Position numbers and translations under genes: made by a program | In this document: positions 38,443 to 46,731 of the stretch, in pieces | Layout of the letters: each line of letters begins with the position of its first letter | Position numbering within the stretch: position 1 is the stretch's first letter | The notes under the pieces: model-generated | Database searches by the model: none | Seen by the model: only the letters and a program-made list of their open reading frames with translations | What the model was told of the DNA's origin: nothing | Assembly: GCA_035995725.1 (NCBI GenBank) | Contig: DASYKE010000069.1 | Coordinates: 7,665 to 71,664 of the forward strand | Length of the DNA stretch: 64,000 nt | Direction of reading: 5' to 3' | Source: Burkholderiaceae bacterium | Lineage (GTDB): Bacteria; Pseudomonadota; Gammaproteobacteria; Burkholderiales; Burkholderiaceae_D

Positions 38443-39447
38443 ATGAAAATAGCGATCCTGGACGATTACCAGAACGCCGTACGTTCGCTGGAATGTTTTT
38501 CGAAGCTGGCCGATCATGACGTAACAGTCTGGACCGATCATACAAAAAATGCCGACACGCTTGCCGCGCGCCTCGCAGAAACGGAAATCCTGATATTGCT
38601 GCGCGAGAGGACGCCGATAACGGCGCAGCTGCTGGAAAGACTGCCCAATTTAAAACTCATTAGCCAGCACGGCGTGACGCCGCATATAGACGTCGATGCA
38701 TGCACCCGCTTGGGCATAGTCGTTTCTTCCGGACAATACGCGCGCCCTTCATACGCGACCGCCGAGTTCGCCTGGGGCCTTGTCATCAGTGCCATGCGGC
38801 ATATTCCGCAGGAAGTCGAGCGCTTCAAAAAAGGCGCCTGGCAATCCACCCTCGGGCTGGCGCTGCACGGACGCACTCTCGGCGTGTTCGGATATGGACG
38901 GATCGGAGCGCTGCTCGCCGGCTACGGCAAGGCATTCGGCATGCGCGTGCTGGTCTGGGGACGGGAAAGCACGCAAGGCAAGGCGCGCGCCGATGGCGTC
39001 CAGGTAGCGGCGAGTAAAAAAGCATTCTTCGAGCAATCGGATGTGGTATCGCTGCATATCCGGCTGACCGATTCCACGCACGGCATCGTGACAGCCGACG
39101 ATCTGGCGCTGATGAAGCCGACGGCGCTGATAGTCAACACCAGCCGCGCGGCACTGATCGAGCCGGGCGCGCTGGAGCAGGCGTTGCGGGCAGGCCGGCC
39201 CGGCATGGCCGCGGTGGACGTGTACGAGGAAGAACCCGTGCTGGGCGCCGCACATCCGCTGCTGGCGCTCGACAACGTCGTGTGCACGCCGCATCTGGGC
39301 TATGTCGAACGGGATTCCTACGAATTCGGATTCGGAAAGGCGTTCGACCAGGTTATTGCCTTCACCAATGGAGCGCCGGTGCATGTGGTCAATCCGGAGG
39401 TTCTCGCCGGCAATCGGCAGCAGTCTGGCAGTTCCGATCGCCGCTAG
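38443..39447 (+). CDS. D-isomer-specific 2-hydroxyacid dehydrogenase family protein
   Basis: MKIAILDDY start, NAD site GYGRIGALLA, and SRAALIE...TPHLGY. The long ORF from 38098 is rejected as an N-terminal over-extension. Confidence 0.8.
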   Translation: MKIAILDDYQNAVRSLECFSKLADHDVTVWTDHTKNADTLAARLAETEILILLRERTPITAQLLERLPNLKLISQHGVTPHIDVDACTRLGIVVSSGQYARPSYATAEFAWGLVISAMRHIPQEVERFKKGAWQSTLGLALHGRTLGVFGYGRIGALLAGYGKAFGMRVLVWGRESTQGKARADGVQVAASKKAFFEQSDVVSLHIRLTDSTHGIVTADDLALMKPTALIVNTSRAALIEPGALEQALRAGRPGMAAVDVYEEEPVLGAAHPLLALDNVVCTPHLGYVERDSYEFGFGKAFDQVIAFTNGAPVHVVNPEVLAGNRQQSGSSDRR

Positions 39448-39813
39448 CGGCAGCGCGTCATGCAATCTAAAAGTTTTGGTTCGCTGAGCCTGGTTTCAGC
39501 TATCCGGAGCCGTTCGTCCCGGGGCACCCCTTGAGGGTGTAAGTAGCGCCAGCGTATCGAAGCTACCTCGCATGTGCAACTAATTGAGTAAAAGTTCGGT
39601 TTTGTGAACAAGATAATCGGGGATTGACCGAAATTCATTTTCGCGCTGACTGAACTGGCTGCGCTGCACATCTTTCACCGGGTATTCCGTCGCCGCCCCG
39701 CAGTAATGCCTGAGCCATACTCAGGCATCCCATCAGGAATGGCAAGGAACAGGAATTGAGCAAGCAGCAGAGCCAATTTGCCTGCTGCTGCAGTTGGCAG
39801 AGGGCCGCAGCAG

Positions 39814-41178
39814 CTACTTCGTGTCCGTCGAACTGACCTTGTCAAAATAACCGGACTCTATGAACCGCAGCCAGAGACTCCCCACCACCTTGATGCTGTC
39901 CTGCGTAAACAGATAGTGGTGGAAATCCTCGACCCTTGCCACCTGGTACCTGGCAGTGTACGGCTCCATGATCGCGCGCGTGGCATCGACCACGGGGGGC
40001 GGCAATGCCTCGTCCAGGGTGCCGTTCATCTCCAGCGCCGCAACCGTCTTCAATTCCTTGGGCGGATACGAGACATCAATGAAATCCTGGACCAACCGGA
40101 CAAATCCTTCTTTTTTATATTCGGCCGGCAGAAAATCGGACAGCCAGAGGCGCATGGCCATATCGCCGAGTGCGCCGCTGTTGAAGAACATGGTCGGGTC
40201 CTCCACGCTCTTGAACCGCGGATTCTTCAGCGCATGCTGCCACCAGATATCCCTCGTCTCTTTCGGCACGTGGCGTGTGTAGAAGGTGAAGTCCTTGGTT
40301 CCGCGCTCACGGACCCGCAGAGCCGATCTGTCGTAGGGCCAGTCGAAATTGCCCGCTTTTGCGCGGCTGTGAAAAAATGCGACTCCCGTACTGCTCGTGC
40401 CCCAGCCGAGATAACCGTCCGGGGTCACGTATTTGGCGAGCGGCCAGAGAAAGGCGCCGCCGGTCGACATTCCCCAGTAGAGGAGAAGGGATTTCTTGCG
40501 CTCTGCCGGAGGAAGCGCATGTTCGACCGCCTTCCGATATCCTGTGAGCAGCGTCACGGGGTTTGCGGCAAGCATCTGCCGGTAAAACTCCGTGCCGGGT
40601 TTAGGTACCCGCACGTATTCACTGTCCGTCGGGCTCGATGCGCCCGAAATTGGCTGGACGGTATAGTCGTCCGGGGACCAGTGAGCCTTCTGGTCCCGAT
40701 TGAACATGGGCATGCGTTGCGCCAGCGGTACGTCTTTCCAGGAGCCGGTGCCGTCGCTTGCGAGGAAATTCCAGCGGCCTACCCGGGTCGGTGCGATGAA
40801 GGTGATGCCCCGTTTGGCCAGCCACGGGCCCATGCCCTCCTTGCCCTCGACCGTCTCGATGAAGTCCATCCCGTATTCGCTGCCGGCCTCGCCGGCGACC
40901 ACCACGATCTTCTTCCCTTTGAAGAGGCGGGGACGCTCGGGGTCGAGCCGTATGACTACCTGTGTAAATTTCTTGCCGTATGAATTGAAATCAATAAATT
41001 CTATTTTGGGGGTGTAGCGGCTTGTCTCGGCATAGTCGTTCGTCGCCAGAATTTCGGCCACTCCCGCTTTTCCGAATGTGCCGTTGTCCTTCGGCAGGTC
41101 CCATGCGGCAGCCGTTCCTGCGCCAAGCGCCAGGGCCGCTGCGATCAATCCAGCGGCAAGCAAATTTGGTTTAACCAT
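39814..41178 (-). CDS. secreted alpha/beta-hydrolase-fold protein of unknown family
   Basis: Signal peptide MVKPNLLAAGLIAAALALGAGTAAA and a strong GGGGGAG RBS. Nucleophile-elbow-like GMSTGG, with candidate Asp (NGTLDE) and His (EDFHHY). I recognise no characterised homolog. Confidence 0.55.
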   Translation of the reverse strand: MVKPNLLAAGLIAAALALGAGTAAAWDLPKDNGTFGKAGVAEILATNDYAETSRYTPKIEFIDFNSYGKKFTQVVIRLDPERPRLFKGKKIVVVAGEAGSEYGMDFIETVEGKEGMGPWLAKRGITFIAPTRVGRWNFLASDGTGSWKDVPLAQRMPMFNRDQKAHWSPDDYTVQPISGASSPTDSEYVRVPKPGTEFYRQMLAANPVTLLTGYRKAVEHALPPAERKKSLLLYWGMSTGGAFLWPLAKYVTPDGYLGWGTSSTGVAFFHSRAKAGNFDWPYDRSALRVRERGTKDFTFYTRHVPKETRDIWWQHALKNPRFKSVEDPTMFFNSGALGDMAMRLWLSDFLPAEYKKEGFVRLVQDFIDVSYPPKELKTVAALEMNGTLDEALPPPVVDATRAIMEPYTARYQVARVEDFHHYLFTQDSIKVVGSLWLRFIESGYFDKVSSTDTK

Positions 41179-41301
41179 TTCTCCCCCTTGTTCCGGTGGC
41201 CAGGAAATCCGGCCGTCCCGCGATGTCGCGTTCAAAGCACTAAACATTATTATTTATTGTGAGTATTCGACTTCGCTTGAAAAGCAAAGTCGAAACCAGT
41301 A

Positions 41302-42360
41302 TTACCTCGCCTTTTTGCCAATGACTTCCTGGAATGTTTTTACCCACTGTTCTTGCCGGTCCAATGCGAACGTCGGGTCGATGAATTTAAGCGGGATACC
41401 GCTGACATGCGAGCCGATGTTTTTGCTGGTCGCAACATACTTTAAATTGGCCAGATGCTGCTGGCCCTCGCTCAGCATGAAGTCATAAAACAGCGCCGCA
41501 GCGGCGGGATGGGGCGCTTTCCTGGTCATCGCGATGGTGCTGAATTGCGCAACGACAGGCTGTATGGTGAACATTTCGATCGGGGCTCCCTTCAGTTTTA
41601 ACTGCTCTGGATTCCAGCTGTACACCGTCAGCGCAAGCGGCACCTCTCCCGACGCGGCCAGAGTGGCCAATAGCGAATGTCCTTTGCGGACCGAAACGCC
41701 ATTGGTGGCAACGATATCGTTAAACAGTTTTATCCCCTGCTTCTCCCCCAGCGTATCGACCAGGGTGTTGAACCAGCCATGATCCTCGGCCTCGATGCCC
41801 AAACGTCCTTTCCATTTGGGGTCGAGCAAGTCTTGATAGGTTTTCGGGAGTTCTTCTTTTTTTACCTTGGTGGTGTTGTAGGCTCCGGAAAAGACATCGA
41901 TCGTGATTCCGACCCATTCCTTGTGGGCAGGGCTGGCCTGGGGTATCAGGTCCTTGAGATAAGGAGATCTCACTTCCTGCAATAGCTTTTCCCGGTGCGC
42001 CGCTTCATTTTCAGGCGCATTGTTCTGCACGATATCGACATCGAACTTCCCGCCGCGGGCTTCGGTCGCGATTCGCTGCAGCACGTTTTCCGAACCGGAG
42101 CGCCAGGCTTTGACTTTAATGCCATATTTTTTGGTAAAGGCCTCCATGACGATAGGCAGGTTCGGATACACGTGATAAACCGAAAGCTCTCCCTCTTTCC
42201 TGGCTGCTTCCACCAAACGTTCATGACGGTCGTTTCCCTGGTACAGCGCGATTTCACTTGCCGACGGCGGGCCTTTGCCCGGCTCGGCGGCGAACGACGG
42301 GGCGTGGCTGGCGCCGATCAATATCATCAGCGCGGAAAATTTTATTAAAAACTTGGTCAT
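41302..42360 (-). CDS. periplasmic ABC-type solute-binding protein (Fe3+/family-1-like), orphan
   Basis: Signal peptide, then SBP-type sequence (LYQGNDRHERLVEAARKEGELSVY...). No permease or ATPase gene is adjacent. Confidence 0.7.
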   Translation of the reverse strand: MTKFLIKFSALMILIGASHAPSFAAEPGKGPPSASEIALYQGNDRHERLVEAARKEGELSVYHVYPNLPIVMEAFTKKYGIKVKAWRSGSENVLQRIATEARGGKFDVDIVQNNAPENEAAHREKLLQEVRSPYLKDLIPQASPAHKEWVGITIDVFSGAYNTTKVKKEELPKTYQDLLDPKWKGRLGIEAEDHGWFNTLVDTLGEKQGIKLFNDIVATNGVSVRKGHSLLATLAASGEVPLALTVYSWNPEQLKLKGAPIEMFTIQPVVAQFSTIAMTRKAPHPAAAALFYDFMLSEGQQHLANLKYVATSKNIGSHVSGIPLKFIDPTFALDRQEQWVKTFQEVIGKKAR

Positions 42361-42469
42361 GCATGTCTCCTTGATCTACACATTGAAGGTAAAAATTTCT
42401 TATTATTTTGACTGCCGATAGCCTGTTAATAGCTCCTTTGAAAAACAACGAACGGGGTTCATTCCGTCA

Positions 42470-43195
42470 TCAAGACGCCGCGCAACGCAATGCCTTGCGG
42501 CGCAGATATTCGAAATTGATGGTGTACTGCTCCGGCCGGGTAATGTTGTACTGGAGCTGCTGGATGTAGTCCGGTGAAAACATTTCGCCGATCCCGCCCG
42601 CCGCTTCCGCCAGCAGCTGGATCTGGCATGCGTTGTCGAGCATGATCGCCAGGATAACCGACTCTTCCACCGAGGCGCCGACCACGGCAACGCCATGGTT
42701 GCGCATGAACGTGGCTTTGCACGAGCCGAGCGCGCGCGCGACGCCGGCGCCCATTTCCTTGGTACGGATCAGATCGATGGTATCGGTGTAATAGGGCACC
42801 CCGTCGGCGAATGCGACGCTCGGCTGGCTGATCGGCTTCAACTGCCGGCCGGTTGCGGACAGCGCGACCGCATACGTCGGGTGGGTATGGATGACGCTCA
42901 TCACATCCGGACGTGCCTTGAAGATCTCCGAATGGATAAAGACTTCGCTGTGCCGCCGTCCGCCGCCGCCCACCTTTTCGCCCTCGAGATTGCAAATGAC
43001 GATGTTCTCCATCGTTATCTCGTCGAAGCCGTAGCTGTGAGGCTTCATGAAGAAACGGGACGGGTCTCCGGGTACGCGCACCGATACATGGCCGCGCGTC
43101 AGGTCGCCCTGGCCTTCAGCCTCGAGGACACGGCCCGCGTCGATGATTTTCTGTTTCGCTTCTTCCGTGCTCATGATTTTTTGTTCATTCTTCAC
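42470..43195 (-). CDS. class II aldolase/adducin family protein (possible decarboxylase)
   Basis: Metal-ligand histidines in IHSEIF, IHTHP and RNHG. GTG start with an AAGGA RBS. Confidence 0.8.
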   Translation of the reverse strand: MKNEQKIMSTEEAKQKIIDAGRVLEAEGQGDLTRGHVSVRVPGDPSRFFMKPHSYGFDEITMENIVICNLEGEKVGGGGRRHSEVFIHSEIFKARPDVMSVIHTHPTYAVALSATGRQLKPISQPSVAFADGVPYYTDTIDLIRTKEMGAGVARALGSCKATFMRNHGVAVVGASVEESVILAIMLDNACQIQLLAEAAGGIGEMFSPDYIQQLQYNITRPEQYTINFEYLRRKALRCAAS

Positions 43196-43284
43196 GATGT
43201 CTGTCCTTGATTCAAGATTGATGAATAGCGGGCGGCCTCATTTACAATGGGCGGCCTCATTTTCGACCTTCCGCTGCAGCCAAC

Positions 43285-44607
43285 TCAGTACAGCGACTGC
43301 TCCTCGCCCTGTTTTTCGCTGCCGCGAGCAGGCTTGACGGCACGCTGCACATCCATCTGGACGCGCTCCGGATCAAAGATTTTGACCAGATCCTGCGCAA
43401 TCGGCGAATATTTTGCGTGGGTGCGAAGCATGAAACTCGCAAAACCGTCGCTGTTGTGGTGCTTTTTCTTTTCATTCGGCAAATCGATTCGCTGATTGCG
43501 CTTCTCGTCGCGAACAACGCCCATCGGATCTTCGCCCTGTTCCATTTTCTTCAGTTCGCGTTTCAGAACGCGCCGGTACATTGCAATACCCTTGTCCGAA
43601 GCGCCGAGATTTTCCGAGGTGCGGTCGGCGATCGTGCCCTGGGTAATCCACGCCATCATGTCCTGGCCATCGACGTTGTCCACGATGAATTCGCCGTTCT
43701 TGTCCTTGAACGGCACGTCGTACACATGCACCCGGTCGGTCAAGTGCGCGGGAACGGTCATTCCCTTGGGCGGGACATAAGCGTTGTACCAGAGATGCAT
43801 GGTGTGCTCGTTATCGACCGGTACGCGCATCTGGAACGAGTAATAGCGTGCCGCCTCGTCGCCGTTGCCGACCGCGAGTATGTTCGGGAACAGGATCGGG
43901 TGACCGGTGCGCCAGTCGTCGGAATCTTCCGAGTGGCCGGCGAGCAGACGGTGCTTGGTGATCCCGAACTCGAATTCCTTGAAGTCGATTTTTTCGTGGC
44001 GGGCACTGATCGCGACCTTGATGCCTTCCTGTTCTTTCTGGAACTCATAATGATGGCCGTGCAGCCACTCGGTATGGATCGGGTCCAGCGAATTTTCCAT
44101 GATCTGCAGCCAGTTGATCGGCAGCAGCGCACGTCCCATCATCCGGATCGTGCCTTCCGCGACAAAGCCATCGAAGCGCGGCAGCAGCGGCACGGGCTGC
44201 GGCCCAAGGTAGGCGAACAGCAGGCCGCCAAGCTCCTGCACCGGATAGGCATCCGTCGAAACCTTGTCGCGGAACGCAGGATTATCGATTTCGTTGGGCT
44301 GGTTCAGGCACTTGCCCTGCGCACTGAATTCCCAGCCGTGATACGGACAGCGTATTCCATCCCTGGTAGGGATGCCATGGGCGAACGAAGCGCGCCGGTG
44401 CGGACATTGCTCTTTGATGAGACCGAGACGCCCCTGCCGGTCCTTGAACAGAACCAGGTCTTCTCCGAGCAACCGCACCCGCCTGGTCCAGGCATTTTCC
44501 ATTTCGGAGGCCGCCCCGATCGGCTGCCAATACCGGCGCATCAGATTGCCCATGGGAGTTCCGGGGGTAATTTGTGTCAAAAGTTCGTTTTGCTCGGCAG
44601 TCAGCAT
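43285..44607 (-). CDS. Rieske [2Fe-2S] aromatic-ring-hydroxylating oxygenase, class IA (phthalate-family) alpha subunit
   Basis: CPHRRASF...CPYHGWEF Rieske motif. The N-terminal ELLTQITPGTPMGNLMRRYWQPI is typical of phthalate-family oxygenases. The ATG at 44607 has an AGGAGAG RBS. Confidence 0.85.
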   Translation of the reverse strand: MLTAEQNELLTQITPGTPMGNLMRRYWQPIGAASEMENAWTRRVRLLGEDLVLFKDRQGRLGLIKEQCPHRRASFAHGIPTRDGIRCPYHGWEFSAQGKCLNQPNEIDNPAFRDKVSTDAYPVQELGGLLFAYLGPQPVPLLPRFDGFVAEGTIRMMGRALLPINWLQIMENSLDPIHTEWLHGHHYEFQKEQEGIKVAISARHEKIDFKEFEFGITKHRLLAGHSEDSDDWRTGHPILFPNILAVGNGDEAARYYSFQMRVPVDNEHTMHLWYNAYVPPKGMTVPAHLTDRVHVYDVPFKDKNGEFIVDNVDGQDMMAWITQGTIADRTSENLGASDKGIAMYRRVLKRELKKMEQGEDPMGVVRDEKRNQRIDLPNEKKKHHNSDGFASFMLRTHAKYSPIAQDLVKIFDPERVQMDVQRAVKPARGSEKQGEEQSLY

Positions 44608-44687
44608 TTGTATGTCTCTCCTAATGAGTTGATTGATTTGCAAGCCGCCAACGCACTTGGGGCTCGAGGCATTTGAAATAGCTTAAT

Positions 44688-44698
44688 ACTTAGGTACC
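44688..44698. promoter_or_regulatory. half-site acttaggtacc related to the 44861 palindrome
   Basis: Same 11-mer as the left arm plus core of the palindrome at 44861-44876. Lies 81-91 nt upstream of the Rieske oxygenase start. Confidence 0.3.
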
Positions 44699-44860
44699 AT
44701 AGATGTCAATTGCCGGGCACGATACCCTTGTAAAACTCTAAATTCGGCCACAAATCGTGAAATTCGCTGAATTGCCAGCCTGTTTGCGGTATATTTGCAT
44801 ATATATTGACTGCTGATTTTTCGGCTGAGTGTATTGCGACGCACGGAAATAACCGAGATA

Positions 44861-44876
44861 ACTTAGGTACCTAAGT
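44861..44876. promoter_or_regulatory. perfect 16-bp palindrome acttaggtacctaagt, candidate MarR operator
   Basis: Self-complementary 16-mer located 49 nt upstream of the MarR start, in the divergent intergenic region. Confidence 0.45.
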
Positions 44877-44924
44877 GAGAAAGACTACGATGGCTTTACC
44901 CACTATAACCACGCGGGCAGGCGC

Positions 44925-45485
44925 ATGAGCGCACCGGACGGCAAAATCGGCCGGGAAGTCCTGCCGGCGGCGCCGGTATATTGGAGGCAGGCAGTATCCA
45001 GCGAGCGCTTGGCGCATTTGATCAAGATTGCGTACAGAGGCTTTTCGCGCGGGTTGCAAATGAGGCTGCGCAAACACTCGGTGCTGTACGGACACTGGAC
45101 GCTGTTGCGCATTCTTTGGCAAACCGACGGAATTACGCAGCGGCAACTCAGCGAACAGGCCGGTGTGATGGAACCCACGACCTTCGCCGCGCTGCAAACG
45201 ATGGAGAAACTGGGCTACATCACACGCCAGAAAATGGGCAAGCAGGTGCGGATATTCGTGACGCCGAAAGGCGCCGCGCTGAAGAACGTCATCGTTCCGG
45301 CCGCCGAGGAGGTCAATCATATTGCGCTGTCCGGCATTCCGCCGGACGATCTCGCAGCGACACGCCGCACATTGCTGGCCATGATCGGAAACCTTTCCGC
45401 CGACGAACTGGCATGGCTCGAAAAGGAATTCAGCGCGTCTTCCATGCAGGACGATGAAGCGGCTGCCAGCAACGACCCGATATGA
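44925..45485 (+). CDS. MarR family transcriptional regulator
   Basis: Winged-helix region WTLLRILWQTDGITQRQLSEQAGVMEPTTFAALQTMEKLGYITR. Confidence 0.8.
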   Translation: MSAPDGKIGREVLPAAPVYWRQAVSSERLAHLIKIAYRGFSRGLQMRLRKHSVLYGHWTLLRILWQTDGITQRQLSEQAGVMEPTTFAALQTMEKLGYITRQKMGKQVRIFVTPKGAALKNVIVPAAEEVNHIALSGIPPDDLAATRRTLLAMIGNLSADELAWLEKEFSASSMQDDEAAASNDPI

Positions 45486-46675
45486 TCAATCGCTCAAGCG
45501 CTTCGGCATCGGCCGTGGTCCGGATCGGCATCGTCGGGCTGGGCGCTGCGGGACGCGCCTTCATTCCGGCCATTCTGGCGCATCCGGGGCTCAAGCTGGC
45601 GGCGGTTGCCGAACCGGTGGCCGAGGTGCGCGCCAGTGTCGCCGGTGAACTCGGTGTCACCGGCTACGACAGCGTGCAGGCCATGCTCGGGCATTCGGGG
45701 CTGGACGCCGTCTATGTCGCATCGCCGACGGATTTGCATCCCGAGCATGTCGCGCTGGCATGCGCCGCAAAAAAGCACGTGCTGGTGGAAAAGCCGATGG
45801 CGGTGCAGCTCGAGCAGGCGAGGGCGATGATCGCGGCAGCCGAGCGGGCTGGGGTGGTGCTTGTCGTCGGCCATTCGCACAGTTATGACCTTCCTATACA
45901 GCGGATGCGCGAAATCATCGCGGGCGGCACCATGGGCCATGTACGCATGGTCAATACCTGGTGTTACACCGACTGGATCTACCGTCCGCGCCGTGCCGAT
46001 GAGCTCGATACCAGCCAGGGCGGCGGCGTGACGTATCGTCAGGGCTCGCACCAGTTCGACATCCTCAGGTTGCTGTGCGGCGGCATGGTGCGCAGTGTCA
46101 GGGCGAGAACTTTCAATTGGGATCCGGATCGGCGCGCGATCGGCGCTCATGTCGTTTTTCTCGACTTCGCGGATGGCGCGGCGGCAACTGCCGTTTATAA
46201 CGGATATGGCCGTTTTTCCAGCATGGACTTGGGTTTCAATGTGTCGGAATGGGGCTTTATGCAGCCGCCGGAAAGCAGAGCGCCGGTTCACCGTCCGTCG
46301 TCCGCTGTTACGCCCGAGGATGAACTCCGCGCCAAGCAGGCCCGCGCCAAGAATGCGATCCCGGGAAGCGCGCCTTATCAGCCATTCTTCGGACTGACGC
46401 TGGTGAGCTGCGAACGCGGAGACATACGGCAATCGCCGCGCGGTTTGTACCTCTATTCGGACCAGGGACAGACTGAAATCGAATTGCCGCCGGACCGCTC
46501 GCCGCGGGATCTCGTCATTGCCGAATTCTACGACGCCATTACGGGCAAGGCATCTGCATTGCACGACGGCAGATGGGGGCTTGCCAATCTCGAAGTCTGC
46601 AACGCCGCGATCGCGTCATCCATCAGCGGCCAGGACGTCGTGCTGAACGAGCAAGTTCCGGTTCCGGTGCAGTAA
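45482..46675 (+). CDS. Gfo/Idh/MocA family oxidoreductase
   Basis: N-terminal Rossmann RIGIVGLGAAGRAF and the EKP motif (VLVEKPMA). 4-nt overlap with marR. Confidence 0.8.
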   Translation: MINRSSASASAVVRIGIVGLGAAGRAFIPAILAHPGLKLAAVAEPVAEVRASVAGELGVTGYDSVQAMLGHSGLDAVYVASPTDLHPEHVALACAAKKHVLVEKPMAVQLEQARAMIAAAERAGVVLVVGHSHSYDLPIQRMREIIAGGTMGHVRMVNTWCYTDWIYRPRRADELDTSQGGGVTYRQGSHQFDILRLLCGGMVRSVRARTFNWDPDRRAIGAHVVFLDFADGAAATAVYNGYGRFSSMDLGFNVSEWGFMQPPESRAPVHRPSSAVTPEDELRAKQARAKNAIPGSAPYQPFFGLTLVSCERGDIRQSPRGLYLYSDQGQTEIELPPDRSPRDLVIAEFYDAITGKASALHDGRWGLANLEVCNAAIASSISGQDVVLNEQVPVPVQ

Positions 46676-46731
46676 CGAAGCTTGAGGACGATATTATAAA
46701 GATGGCACGGGAAGTTTTACTGGAGGAAGGA

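Noticed and set aside
39706-39789. Two good hairpins in the 39.45-39.81 kb gap: a 9-bp stem at 39706-39728 and an 8-bp stem at 39763-39789. Considered as terminators or an sRNA.
   Set aside because: Neither is followed by a T/U run on either strand, and I could match no known RNA family. The 75-aa ORF 39444..39671 in this gap has no RBS or recognisable family.
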